DNA from: Candidatus Moraniibacteriota bacterium
GTDB taxonomy: Bacteria > Patescibacteriota > Minisyncoccia > Moranbacterales > UBA2206
Assembly (NCBI GenBank): GCA_049304095.1
Contig: JBAQNU010000024.1
Span: forward strand, 87,644 to 151,643
Direction of reading: 5' to 3'
DNA length: 64,000 nt
In this document: positions 18,804 to 27,518 of the stretch, in pieces
How positions within the stretch are numbered: position 1 is the first letter of the stretch
Layout of the letters: every line of letters starts with the position of its first letter
Notes under the pieces: model-generated
What the model was told of the DNA's origin: nothing
What the model saw: the letters and a program-made list of their open reading frames with translations, nothing else
The model's database searches: none
Position numbers and translations under genes: made by a program

Positions 18804-19418
18804 ATGAAAAAAATGGAAAATACAGAAGAAGAGATTGTAATTTTAGCCAGTGATTCGCGAGAAGATAAACTATTGACACGTCTTTTTTTTGTGGTGTTTT
18901 TTGGTTCAATATTTTTTGGTTTTCTCCGGTTTGTAGTTTTTAAAAACTATTATATCGAAGCACAGAGTGATTGCGATCCGACGGCGGAAAAATGTTTTGT
19001 TTGGCAGTGCGATCCCGAATCGACAGTAGAAGGCGAGGCTTGCACGGGCGACCCGGAGAGTGATGCTTCTTATTATAAAATAATTAAAAAGAAAGCTAAT
19101 ACGGTTCCGGCTTGCGATCCGAATAATGATGAAAATTGTCCGCAAATAATTTGTGCGCTAGGTGAAAAAAATTGCACGGAAATTTTTTGCAATGAGGAAA
19201 ATAAGATTGACCAGGAAGCGGAGTGTAATGATCCAGAACAATATTTAAAAGATAATCCACCCGAAGAGGAGGAGGATTTAGTTGATGATGGGGATGCTGC
19301 CGAAGAAAGCGATGAATTGGTTGACGAAGTGGATTCTAGCGATACTTCTGAAGCGAGTATCCAAGCTGTCGAAACTACTACTGACCCAACTGCTGTTGAG
19401 AATAGTTCTGATAACTAG
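18804..19418 (+). CDS. Hypothetical N-terminally anchored Cys-rich protein (about 12 Cys) with an acidic D/E-rich C-terminal tail
   Basis: TM at residues ~25-45, then CDPxxxxC / CxxDPES repeats, then EEEEDLVDDGDAAEESDELVDEVDSSD. Confidence 0.4.
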   Translation: MKKMENTEEEIVILASDSREDKLLTRLFFVVFFGSIFFGFLRFVVFKNYYIEAQSDCDPTAEKCFVWQCDPESTVEGEACTGDPESDASYYKIIKKKANTVPACDPNNDENCPQIICALGEKNCTEIFCNEENKIDQEAECNDPEQYLKDNPPEEEEDLVDDGDAAEESDELVDEVDSSDTSEASIQAVETTTDPTAVENSSDN

Positions 19419-19432
19419 CAATATTACGCACA

Positions 19433-19661
19433 ATATCCGAAAACACTTCGCATATAAACGAGTTGTGGCGAAATGTCACGCGCTCCGCTTGTTCCATTTC
19501 ACCACAACGTGAAGCTATGCGAAGGGGGCTCTCTCATTTCAGAATAGAACCGCCCTTAACCGCCGCACGTGACACATCGCACAACACCAGATATGCGGCT
19601 ATCGCCCAAATCCCGATGAGTACATCGGGACTTCGCATAGCTTCACGTTATCGGAAATAAT
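19433..19661. repeat. GC-rich island of nested inverted repeats: hairpin gttgtggcgaaatg/catttcaccacaac (19462-19507), perfect 19-bp inverted repeat aacgtgaagctatgcgaag (19506-19524) / cttcgcatagcttcacgtt (19631-19649), 9-mer cttcgcata three times, outer atatccgaaaac / gttatcggaaat
   Basis: Seen directly in the sequence. Local GC is far above the surrounding AT-rich DNA. ORFs 19282-19512 and 19463-19660 are Arg-rich and probably non-coding. Confidence 0.5.
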
Positions 19662-19727
19662 TAAAATTTTTTATCTTTTTTTAAAAATAATTAGCTGGAA
19701 CTATTTTTTAAAATTAACATAAATTGT

Positions 19728-19985
19728 ATGAAAAAAACTACTTATTTAATCATCGCCATAATTTCTTTGATTGTTTCTTATCTCTCTTACGAATTGCTTA
19801 TCGCAACTATTGCATGCACTAATTGCTCTGAATGTGTTAGTGCTTGCACTATATTGTTTTTCAAGATAGGCGAAAATAAATTATCTTCTGGTGAATTATT
19901 CAACATATCCAGATTAGTTTCCGTTTTTATTTTCATTTTAACTTTTTTAGGAATATACTTTTTTAAAAAAAATAGTTTCAAATAA
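19728..19985 (+). CDS. Hypothetical small 2-TM protein with CTNCSECVSAC motif
   Basis: 85-aa ORF: hydrophobic helix, Cys cluster, hydrophobic helix. Confidence 0.35.
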   Translation: MKKTTYLIIAIISLIVSYLSYELLIATIACTNCSECVSACTILFFKIGENKLSSGELFNISRLVSVFIFILTFLGIYFFKKNSFK

Positions 19986-20121
19986 TTTTTCAATAATGAG
20001 GATAAAAAATTCTAATTACATCCGATAACACGGCATATCCGGTTCAGGAATTTTTTTTGGCAATTTTCTAGGTCGGAATAGCTCATCCTAAGATAATAAT
20101 TTTTTTAACAAAACAAATATT

Positions 20122-20508
20122 ATGAAAAAAATAGTAACATTAAGTTTTGTGGTGCTTGGGGTAGTCTTTTTGGCTGGGTGTGGTCAACAGGCAGCGACGA
20201 CAGTACCAGCGGCGCAGCAACCAACTCAGTCAGTTACAACTCAACAGTTCGCAGCTACACCAGTTGCAGAAACTAAAATTGTTTTACCAATTGATTCCAA
20301 AGAAGAAGCTTGTTTGGCTTGGGATAATTTAAAAATTTCATATGGATCATATGGTCCACAAAGTTGTTATGATGCTCAAGATAAAGGTGATTATTGGGAA
20401 ATAAGAGCTTCGGGAAATGGTTGTACTGGTTGCGACGGTAGAATAAATAAACAGGATGGATCTTTTGTTGACAAACAATGTTTCATAGCTAATACCTGTA
20501 ATGAATAA
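20122..20508 (+). CDS. Hypothetical secreted lipoprotein (lipobox LAGC), 8 Cys
   Basis: MKKIVTLSFVVLGVVFLAGC signal peptide with lipobox, Q/T-rich linker, Cys-rich C-terminal domain. Confidence 0.45.
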   Translation: MKKIVTLSFVVLGVVFLAGCGQQAATTVPAAQQPTQSVTTQQFAATPVAETKIVLPIDSKEEACLAWDNLKISYGSYGPQSCYDAQDKGDYWEIRASGNGCTGCDGRINKQDGSFVDKQCFIANTCNE

Positions 20509-20801
20509 ATTACCAAAGAAATACACTAAGGAAGAAGAAATTTCTGGCTACATCACATAACAACGCATATCTGGCTACAGGAAATTGACCAAAGCGATTC
20601 AAGGAGTGTCAATTTCCCTTCGCCCAAATTTTCATTCCTTAGTTTTGATGAAGGTTTAGGCGGGGATAATTAAATAAAGCTTTGTCTGAAATCAAGAGTC
20701 TATCCTGCTAAGTCGGGATGAAAACTTCAGATGATGCGTAAACGTTGTGGCGAAATAGATTTTTTTGTGTTTGCGAGAAACCCCAAATCCGATTATAATA
20801 A

Positions 20802-20830
20802 CAGCAGAGAGAAATCTCTGCTGTTTTTTT
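20802..20830 (+). terminator. Intrinsic terminator cagcagag-agaaat-ctctgctg followed by 7 T, ending immediately before the ATG of the ABC exporter
   Basis: Perfect 8-bp stem and T7 tract. It lies inside the listed ORF 20765-22618, whose true start is therefore ATG 20831. Confidence 0.6.
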
Positions 20831-22618
20831 ATGCAAATTATTATGCCAAAAGAAGTAGAAGCAAAAATTGATCTAAGGAGTTTTTGGAAGCATATTTGGA
20901 AACTTCTGGAGCCAAGTCAAAAACAGATAAAACACTTGCTCGTTTTGATTATGGCAATGGAGGTTGTGCGCTTGGCTGGTCCCTATATGCTCAAATTAGT
21001 AATTGATAAAATTACTCACTTTGACGTGGCCCAGCTCGGAGGCGTTTTATTTTTAGTGGGAATGATGTTTCTTATCAATCAAATTCTTTCATTGACTGAT
21101 TATATAACGGATATAAAAATATTTAACATTTTCGTGGACATTGACGCCTATTTAGCCAACAATGCTCACAAAAAAATGGTTTTTTTGAGTTTGGGTTATC
21201 ATGAAAAAGAAAATACTGGCAGTAAAGTCATCAAAATAACTCGCGGTATTGATAAGATTGATGGTTTGTTTGGTGATTTTTGTTGGGAGGTAGCGCCAAC
21301 TGTTTTTCAAATCATCCTAACGACAGTTACCCTTTTTGTGGTTAACTGGCGTTTTGGATTGATCATTTCGATCTTTGTGCCTATCTTTGTTTTTCTTACT
21401 CTGCGTGTTAATAGACTGGTGTTTCCTTTTCGCAAAAAACGGTTTGATGAGCAGGAGGTGGCGGCAAGTCTCATGACTCAATCAATCATCAACATCAACA
21501 CGGTGAAATCTTTTGTAGCGGAAATGCGTGAATATACTAAATTTTCTCAAGCAACAAAAAATGTAAAAAACAGTGTGCTTAAGGAATATGGCAAAATTAT
21601 CCAATATAACGTAGCTCGAAACCTAGTAATTGATCTTGGGCGCGCGTTTGTTTTGATTTTTGGCATTTATCTTGTGATTAAGGGGCAAATCACCATTGGT
21701 AGTATCGTTTTTGTCTACACTATTTCGGAAAAAGCCTTGCTATCACTGTTTCGCATCTCGCGCCTCTATGATCGCATTATGGAGTCCAGTGAAGCGGTTG
21801 AACGCCTATATGCACTGTCAATCGAAAAAGAGACCATCAAAAATAATCCCAGGGGGTTGAAACCAAAAAATATCGAGGGTACGATTGAGTTCAAAGACCT
21901 ATCGTTTTGTTATGCGGATAGCGATAACCGGGCACTTGATAGGGTAAGTTTTACGATTGGTTCTGGCTGTGTAACGGCGCTGGTTGGTCCGTCGGGCGGA
22001 GGGAAGACTACGGTTGTCCGGATGCTCTATCGGCATTATGATCCCGCGAGCGGACAAATTCTTTTGGATGGACATGATTTGCGCGACTATGATCTCTATG
22101 CTTTTCGCCGTTTTATGGCGATTGTTCCTCAGGAAGTGGAAATTTTTGATACGAGTGTGCGAGAAAACATTGCTTATGCTAAAGCTAACGCAACGTTGGC
22201 AGAAATAAAAGCGGCGGCGCGCATTGCCAATGCCGAGGAGTTTATCTTGCAATTGAAAGATGGCTATGACACGACAGTTGGAGAGCGCGGAATCAAGCTT
22301 TCTGGAGGACAAAGACAACGCGTGGGAATTGCTCGAGCAATTCTGGCCAATCCGCGCATTCTTGTTTTTGACGAAGCAACATCTAGCCTTGACTCCTATT
22401 CGGAACGACTCATTCAAGATGCTATGGATAAAATTAGCAAAAATAGAACGGTGATTGTGATTGCTCATCGCTTAAGCACAATCAAAAAAGCGGACAAGAT
22501 CATAGTTCTCGAACGAGGAAAAGTGGTTGAGGCGGGCAGTCACCTAGAATTGTCTCATATGGCTGGCGGACTTTATCATAAATTGATCAAGCTGCAAGAA
22601 GTGGGGGATGTGGAATAA
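20831..22618 (+). CDS. ABC transporter, fused permease/ATPase (MsbA/lipid-A exporter-like, type I exporter)
   Basis: 6-TM domain followed by Walker A GPSGGGKTT, signature LSGGQRQR and Walker B ILVFDEATS. Confidence 0.8.
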   Translation: MQIIMPKEVEAKIDLRSFWKHIWKLLEPSQKQIKHLLVLIMAMEVVRLAGPYMLKLVIDKITHFDVAQLGGVLFLVGMMFLINQILSLTDYITDIKIFNIFVDIDAYLANNAHKKMVFLSLGYHEKENTGSKVIKITRGIDKIDGLFGDFCWEVAPTVFQIILTTVTLFVVNWRFGLIISIFVPIFVFLTLRVNRLVFPFRKKRFDEQEVAASLMTQSIININTVKSFVAEMREYTKFSQATKNVKNSVLKEYGKIIQYNVARNLVIDLGRAFVLIFGIYLVIKGQITIGSIVFVYTISEKALLSLFRISRLYDRIMESSEAVERLYALSIEKETIKNNPRGLKPKNIEGTIEFKDLSFCYADSDNRALDRVSFTIGSGCVTALVGPSGGGKTTVVRMLYRHYDPASGQILLDGHDLRDYDLYAFRRFMAIVPQEVEIFDTSVRENIAYAKANATLAEIKAAARIANAEEFILQLKDGYDTTVGERGIKLSGGQRQRVGIARAILANPRILVFDEATSSLDSYSERLIQDAMDKISKNRTVIVIAHRLSTIKKADKIIVLERGKVVEAGSHLELSHMAGGLYHKLIKLQEVGDVE

Positions 22619-22639
22619 TAAATTAGCTAAACTAAATCT

Positions 22640-23350
22640 ATGCTAGACCAAATAGATAGAAAAAAAATAATTTTTTCCGCGGATGATTTTGGAGTGAATG
22701 CTCTCGCCAGTGCTAATATTTTGCAATTGGCAAAAGCAGGTAAACTAGATCGGGTGGAAGTGATGATCAATGCTAGCTTGCAAAAAGCGCAGGCATTGGA
22801 ACTGCAAGCAACTGGCGTGAAGCTAGATATTCACTTGCACTTGATTGATTATGCTTGCGATTATTGGCAAGGTAATCGGCACCTAGAAAGAGGCGCCTTG
22901 AAAAGAATGCTACTTTTTGTGGGTCATTATTTGAGTGGCAAAAATAGTACTCAAAAAGTTACCGCGCGCTGGGAAGATCAGATTAAAAAATTCAAAGAAC
23001 TTTTTGGCACCTATCCGGCAGGCATTGGTTCGCATGAATATATTCATCATTTTCCGCCCTACTTCAAAATTGCTGTGGGTTTATGTGAAAAATATAAAAT
23101 CAGTTTTTTGCGTTATGGTCTTGGCAATTTTGAACACAGTTGTCTGATTAGTAAAATCCTCAATAGGCTCCGTGGTCAAAATAGACAGTATTTTAAAAAG
23201 ACCAACCTAGAAACTTCTGATTATTTGGTTAGTTTTGATTGGACCGATAATCTGGAGTTTATCACTAGCCTGCCGACAGAAAGTCGCACAGAAGTGGTTT
23301 TTCATCCGGAAAGAGCCCAAGAATTTGGTTTTTTGCAAGAATTGAATTAA
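22640..23350 (+). CDS. YdjC/ChbG-family carbohydrate deacetylase
   Basis: N-terminal KKIIFSADDFGVN motif typical of the YdjC family. Confidence 0.6.
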   Translation: MLDQIDRKKIIFSADDFGVNALASANILQLAKAGKLDRVEVMINASLQKAQALELQATGVKLDIHLHLIDYACDYWQGNRHLERGALKRMLLFVGHYLSGKNSTQKVTARWEDQIKKFKELFGTYPAGIGSHEYIHHFPPYFKIAVGLCEKYKISFLRYGLGNFEHSCLISKILNRLRGQNRQYFKKTNLETSDYLVSFDWTDNLEFITSLPTESRTEVVFHPERAQEFGFLQELN

Positions 23351-23403
23351 TGTTTTTAAGCTAAAAAGCTTTGAAAAATTACGTCTAGTGAACAAATTTA
23401 GGC

Positions 23404-23432
23404 TTGACAAGGGCATTTTTTTGCGCTAGAAT
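23404..23432 (+). promoter_or_regulatory. Sigma70-type promoter TTGACA-17 nt-TAGAAT, placing the start site at or next to the yidD ATG (leaderless transcript likely)
   Basis: Near-consensus hexamers with a 17-nt spacer; the -10 ends 7 nt before ATG 23440. Confidence 0.45.
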
Positions 23433-23439
23433 AAGGCCA

Positions 23440-23679
23440 ATGAAACGAATCATTTTGGGCGCAATTAAGCTCTATCAAAAGACACTTTCTCTTGATCAGG
23501 GACCGCTTTCCTATCTTTTCTCTGAACGGATTTGTCGTTTTCATCCGTTGTGTAGTCAGTATGCCGTTGAAGCAATTGAGCGTTTTGGGGTCGTCAAAGG
23601 ATCCTGGCTGGGGATCAAACGTGTCGCACGTTGTCATCCTTGGAACGACGGCGGATATGATCCGGTGCCTAAAAAATAA
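23440..23679 (+). CDS. yidD: Membrane protein insertion efficiency factor YidD
   Basis: [44 protein letters not shown] matches the YidD family. Start moved to MKRIILGAI. Confidence 0.8.
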   Translation: MKRIILGAIKLYQKTLSLDQGPLSYLFSERICRFHPLCSQYAVEAIERFGVVKGSWLGIKRVARCHPWNDGGYDPVPKK

Positions 23680-23699
23680 TTTTTTAAACGAACAATATT

Positions 23700-24659
23700 G
23701 TGTTTACCGATGAAGTAAAAATTTCGGTCATTGCTGGTCGCGGAGGCGATGGGGTAGTGGCTTTCAATAAAGTCAAAATGAGTCTTGGTCCGACTGGCGG
23801 AAGAGGTGGCAATGGTGGCAGTGTCTATTTTGAAGGTGTCTCCAACTTGTCCGCTCTGAATAAATATAAGCACAAAAACGAGTATTATGCCGAAAATGGA
23901 ATGAATGGCAAAAAGGATAACTCAGAAGGCAAAAGAGGAGAAGATTTGATTTTGACTGTGCCGATTGGCAGCGTTCTTCACAATTTGAAAACAAAAAAAG
24001 ATATTGATATTGTGGAAGTCGGACAAAAAGTAATGGTTTCTAAGGGCGGAATTGGTGGTCGAGGTAATTTTTGTTTTCGTGGGCCCACCAATACTTCCCC
24101 CAAAGAAAAAGAGTTTGGTCAGCCAGGCGAAGAAGCGACCTTCTATATTGAATTGCGATTCATCGCTGACATTGGCCTTATCGGTCTTCCAAGTGCCGGA
24201 AAATCATCTCTACTAAACGAACTGACCAAGGCCAATGCTAAAGTGGGAAACTATGACTTCACCACATTGGAGCCCAATTTGGGCGTGATGGATGATGTGA
24301 TTCTGGCGGATATCCCCGGTCTCATTGAAGGCGCTTCTGCTGGGAAAGGCTTGGGCGTGAAATTTTTGCGTCACATTCAAAGAACAAAAGTGTTAGTGCA
24401 TTGCATCAGTCTTGAATCGCTCGATCCTAAAAAAGATTATGCGATCATTCGCAAAGAACTGGAAAATTATAGCCCTGACTTGGTGGCCAAAAAAGAAATC
24501 ATTTTGCTAACCAAAACAGACTTAGTTGATGAAAAAATGATTAATAAAACAAAAAAACAGATGCAAAAACTCAACCCGGATGTGGCTGTTTCTTCTATTC
24601 ACGACGAAGAAAAACTACTCCTACTAAAGAAAACACTACTAACTATGCTGGAGAAATAA
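23700..24659 (+). CDS. obg: GTPase Obg (short form lacking the C-terminal domain)
   Basis: Gly-rich Obg fold N-terminus (GGDGVVAF...GGRGGNGG), G1 GLIGLPSAGKSSL and G3 DIPG. Confidence 0.85.
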   Translation: MFTDEVKISVIAGRGGDGVVAFNKVKMSLGPTGGRGGNGGSVYFEGVSNLSALNKYKHKNEYYAENGMNGKKDNSEGKRGEDLILTVPIGSVLHNLKTKKDIDIVEVGQKVMVSKGGIGGRGNFCFRGPTNTSPKEKEFGQPGEEATFYIELRFIADIGLIGLPSAGKSSLLNELTKANAKVGNYDFTTLEPNLGVMDDVILADIPGLIEGASAGKGLGVKFLRHIQRTKVLVHCISLESLDPKKDYAIIRKELENYSPDLVAKKEIILLTKTDLVDEKMINKTKKQMQKLNPDVAVSSIHDEEKLLLLKKTLLTMLEK

Positions 24660-24663
24660 ACCT

Positions 24664-25371
24664 ATGTATTGGATTTTTTCTGTTTTGTTTATAATTGCAG
24701 TGATGATTCCTGATATTATTCGAGATAGTGTCTATTTTTTAGCGGAAGAGCGCGCGGAAGAAGTAGTGCTTTTCATTTTAGGTTCAGTGGCCTTTCTGGC
24801 TTTTTTGCAAAATGAACGGCGCATAGCGATTCAGCGCAAGGAAAAAGAAAACGCCCAAAAAAAGATGAATCAGACCGTCAAAGACCTAGTTGATTCCTAT
24901 AGCTATATTGGTGAAGTGAATCGCAAGATGGACATTTTGATGGAAGTGGCGCTAGGCCTTGCTGATCGATCGCTTTTGGACCGAAAAAAGGAGCGCGAAG
25001 TTTATGAGTCTATTGTTAATGCCGCTAATTTTCTTTTAAAAGCTGACGCAACAACTCTGCGTTTTGTTAATGCTAAAACAGGGAAGACGGAACAAGAGCT
25101 GGGACTACCAGAGAAAGCCAATATATCCGTTTCCAACGAAGCACTGCTCGATATGCCAGAAAATGTGAATGTGAAAAAAGAAAAAAATTGTTTGATCATT
25201 TCTTCCTCGCAGACGATCAATCAGATCAAGGGCTATTTCATAATTAGCGATTATGATGATAGTGAGGAGAAAAAGCCAAAAAATATTGAGATATTGAAGC
25301 TCTTTGCTTCTCAGGCGATTTTCCTACATGCTTATGCCGAAAAAGAAGCAGGCGTGGAGTGTCGCTGCTAG
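24664..25371 (+). CDS. Hypothetical N-terminally TM-anchored protein
   Basis: ORF with an N-terminal TM; no recognised motifs. Confidence 0.4.
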   Translation: MYWIFSVLFIIAVMIPDIIRDSVYFLAEERAEEVVLFILGSVAFLAFLQNERRIAIQRKEKENAQKKMNQTVKDLVDSYSYIGEVNRKMDILMEVALGLADRSLLDRKKEREVYESIVNAANFLLKADATTLRFVNAKTGKTEQELGLPEKANISVSNEALLDMPENVNVKKEKNCLIISSSQTINQIKGYFIISDYDDSEEKKPKNIEILKLFASQAIFLHAYAEKEAGVECRC

Positions 25372-25402
25372 AAAAAAAGCTAATCATTAATTTATTAAAA
25401 AT

Positions 25403-25675
25403 ATGCAAAAAAATATCAAACCGCTAGGGGAAAACGTATTGGTTAAGCTTATGAAGGCCGACTCGAAAACCAAATCAGGCATTGTGCTTCCCGAAACAAC
25501 AGAAACTGATCGTCCTCAAGAAGGGAAAGTTATGGCGATTGGGGAGAGTGAAAAAATTAAAGTCAAAAAAAATCAAATCGTTATTTTTGCCAAATATTCT
25601 GGATCAGAAATTAAATTGGCTGGAGAAGAATTCTTAATCCTCAAAGCGGAAGATATTCTTGCGATAGTAGAATAG
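25403..25675 (+). CDS. groES: Co-chaperonin GroES
   Basis: IKPLGENVLVKLMKADSKTKSGIVLPE...GKVMAIGE; 90 aa; no groEL adjacent. Confidence 0.85.
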   Translation: MQKNIKPLGENVLVKLMKADSKTKSGIVLPETTETDRPQEGKVMAIGESEKIKVKKNQIVIFAKYSGSEIKLAGEEFLILKAEDILAIVE

Positions 25676-25676
25676 C

Positions 25677-26519
25677 TTAGTTTGCAATTTCAAAGCCTTG
25701 TTTTTTCCAACCGTCCAGTCCGTCAGACAGGGCAAAGACATTGAAAAAACCAAGATCAAACAGGCGCACGGCGCCCTTGAACGCATCGATTCCTGTAGTG
25801 GCATAAAGAATAGTTTTTCTGTTGAAAGGAATTTCTTTGCTTCTTTTTTCCAGCTCTTCCAAGGGAATATTTATTGCCCCCACAAGATGTCCCGAACTAA
25901 ATTCGGGACTTTTTCGCAGATCAACAATAGTCAGCTTTTGATTACTGATTTTTTTTAGCTCAACGCTTGCGATGAAGTTAACCTTGGCTTGATCGGAAAA
26001 AGAGGTGGGGTCTCCTGCACTGATGGTAGATCCGAATTCTTTTTTCCAAGCCTCAAATCCACCTTCCAGATAATGGATATTTTTGAAGTTTTTAGCTGAA
26101 AGAGCGTCAGCAAAGGCGTTTACGATAATTGTTTCACATTGCGTGTCAAAAAGCACATATTCTTTGTTTTTGTCTAAGCGGTCAAAAGCGGAAAAACCCT
26201 CAGAGAGAGGGATATTTTGCGATTTTACAAGGTGTTCTTTTTCATAGTCAGCTCTTTCTCGCAGGTCGATAATGAGCATAGCGCCAGAGTCAGCTTGATT
26301 TTTTTTGCCAAGTTCTGCTGGTGTGATTTTGCTAATTTTCGTGCTATCGACACTTTCGCGTGCTTTCAAATCAAGGTCGGTTTTTTGATTGGCTTTTATG
26401 GGATTTTTGATGAAACCGGATTTGAGCAGTGTGATTGAAGCGATGATAAGGATGAGCCCAAAGCCAATCGCTAGCGCTTTGAGATTGCCATTTTTTTGCT
26501 CGGAGTAATTGTTTTGCAT
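25677..26519 (-). CDS. Tandem rhodanese-domain sulfurtransferase with N-terminal TM anchor
   Basis: Two rhodanese-like modules (DLRERADYEKEHL...; VDLRKSPEFSSGHL...); catalytic loop Cys in CETIIV. Confidence 0.6.
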   Translation of the reverse strand: MQNNYSEQKNGNLKALAIGFGLILIIASITLLKSGFIKNPIKANQKTDLDLKARESVDSTKISKITPAELGKKNQADSGAMLIIDLRERADYEKEHLVKSQNIPLSEGFSAFDRLDKNKEYVLFDTQCETIIVNAFADALSAKNFKNIHYLEGGFEAWKKEFGSTISAGDPTSFSDQAKVNFIASVELKKISNQKLTIVDLRKSPEFSSGHLVGAINIPLEELEKRSKEIPFNRKTILYATTGIDAFKGAVRLFDLGFFNVFALSDGLDGWKKQGFEIAN

Positions 26520-26526
26520 AAAGAAA

Positions 26527-27489
26527 CTATTTTAAAATACTGCCGATGAAATCAGGGTTGCCATTCAAAAAGTCTTTGATTTTGAGATTAGTTTTGCCTT
26601 CGCGTTGCAATTCTTCTAGAAAAATGAGGCCTTTGCCAGCTTGAACCGCAATTTTCTCTTGCGTCTCAAAAACCTCTCCGATGCGATGATTTTCCGGCAG
26701 ATTGTTTTCACTAAAACTGATGTTATTTAGTTTGATGCGAACGAGCGCCGAAGCTTTCTCCCAATGGGTGAAAATTCCCGGCCAAGAAAAAAAAGCGCGA
26801 TATTGATTATGGATTTCTCGCGCCGAATCGGACCAGATTATTTTTCCATCACCCCGTTCAATTAGTTGGCATAGCGAGGCTTTCTTGTCATCTTGCGCAG
26901 TGGGCTTCACTTTTCTCTCAATCCACTGGGGAATTGTTTCCAAGAGTAATTTTGCGGATAATTGTGCCAGGCGCGCGGAAAGCTCGTCGCTTGTTTCATT
27001 AGGTCCAATTGCGAGTTTTTTTTGACTAAGCATTGCTCCTGTGTCAATTCCGGCGTCCATCAGCATAATAGTTGCACCAGTTTCTTTTTCGCCAGAAAGG
27101 ATGGCATTTTGAATGGGAGACGGTCCGCGATAATTGGGCAAAAGTGAAGCGTGCACATTGATTGCACCAAAACCAGGCAAATCTAAAACCGCTTGAGGTA
27201 AAATTTTTCCATAAGCGGCTACAATTAAAAGATCTGGTTTTTGCGTCTCCAGTTTTGTGATTTCCGTTGCGTCAAATCTTGTGGGAGAAAAAACAGGAAT
27301 TTTCGCTGTCTCGGCGGTGATTTTGACGGCCGATTTTTCTAGCTTCTGTTCACGGCCAACTTTTTTGTCCGGCTGAGTATAGACGCCAATAATATTATAT
27401 TTATTCGCCAGAAGCGCCGTTAGGATTGCATCGGCAAAACTGGATGTGCCCATGAAGATAACTCGCAGTTTGATGGATTTTTTTGGCAT
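26527..27489 (-). CDS. fmt: Methionyl-tRNA formyltransferase
   Basis: RVIFMGTSSFA N-terminus and NVHASLLPNYRGPSPIQ catalytic motif. Confidence 0.85.
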   Translation of the reverse strand: MPKKSIKLRVIFMGTSSFADAILTALLANKYNIIGVYTQPDKKVGREQKLEKSAVKITAETAKIPVFSPTRFDATEITKLETQKPDLLIVAAYGKILPQAVLDLPGFGAINVHASLLPNYRGPSPIQNAILSGEKETGATIMLMDAGIDTGAMLSQKKLAIGPNETSDELSARLAQLSAKLLLETIPQWIERKVKPTAQDDKKASLCQLIERGDGKIIWSDSAREIHNQYRAFFSWPGIFTHWEKASALVRIKLNNISFSENNLPENHRIGEVFETQEKIAVQAGKGLIFLEELQREGKTNLKIKDFLNGNPDFIGSILK

Positions 27490-27518
27490 AGTTTTCTTTT
27501 TATGTTTTGTGCTTATTT

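Noticed and set aside
19282-19660. ORFs 19282-19512 and 19463-19660 inside the GC-rich palindromic island
   Set aside because: Arg/Ser/His-rich low-complexity translations produced by GC-rich inverted repeats; no start context; they overlap each other and the 18804-19418 CDS. Considered non-coding.
19420-20600. Interpretation of the small-ORF/3'-motif arrangement as an integron cassette array
   Set aside because: The 3' motifs do not contain the RYYYAAC / GTTRRRY core sites of attC, and no intI gene is present. Kept only as a loose analogy.
20765-20830. Upstream extension of the ABC transporter ORF (MCLRETPNPIIITAERNLCCFFMQIIMPKEV)
   Set aside because: The extension contains a perfect intrinsic terminator hairpin plus T7 tract; the real start is ATG 20831.
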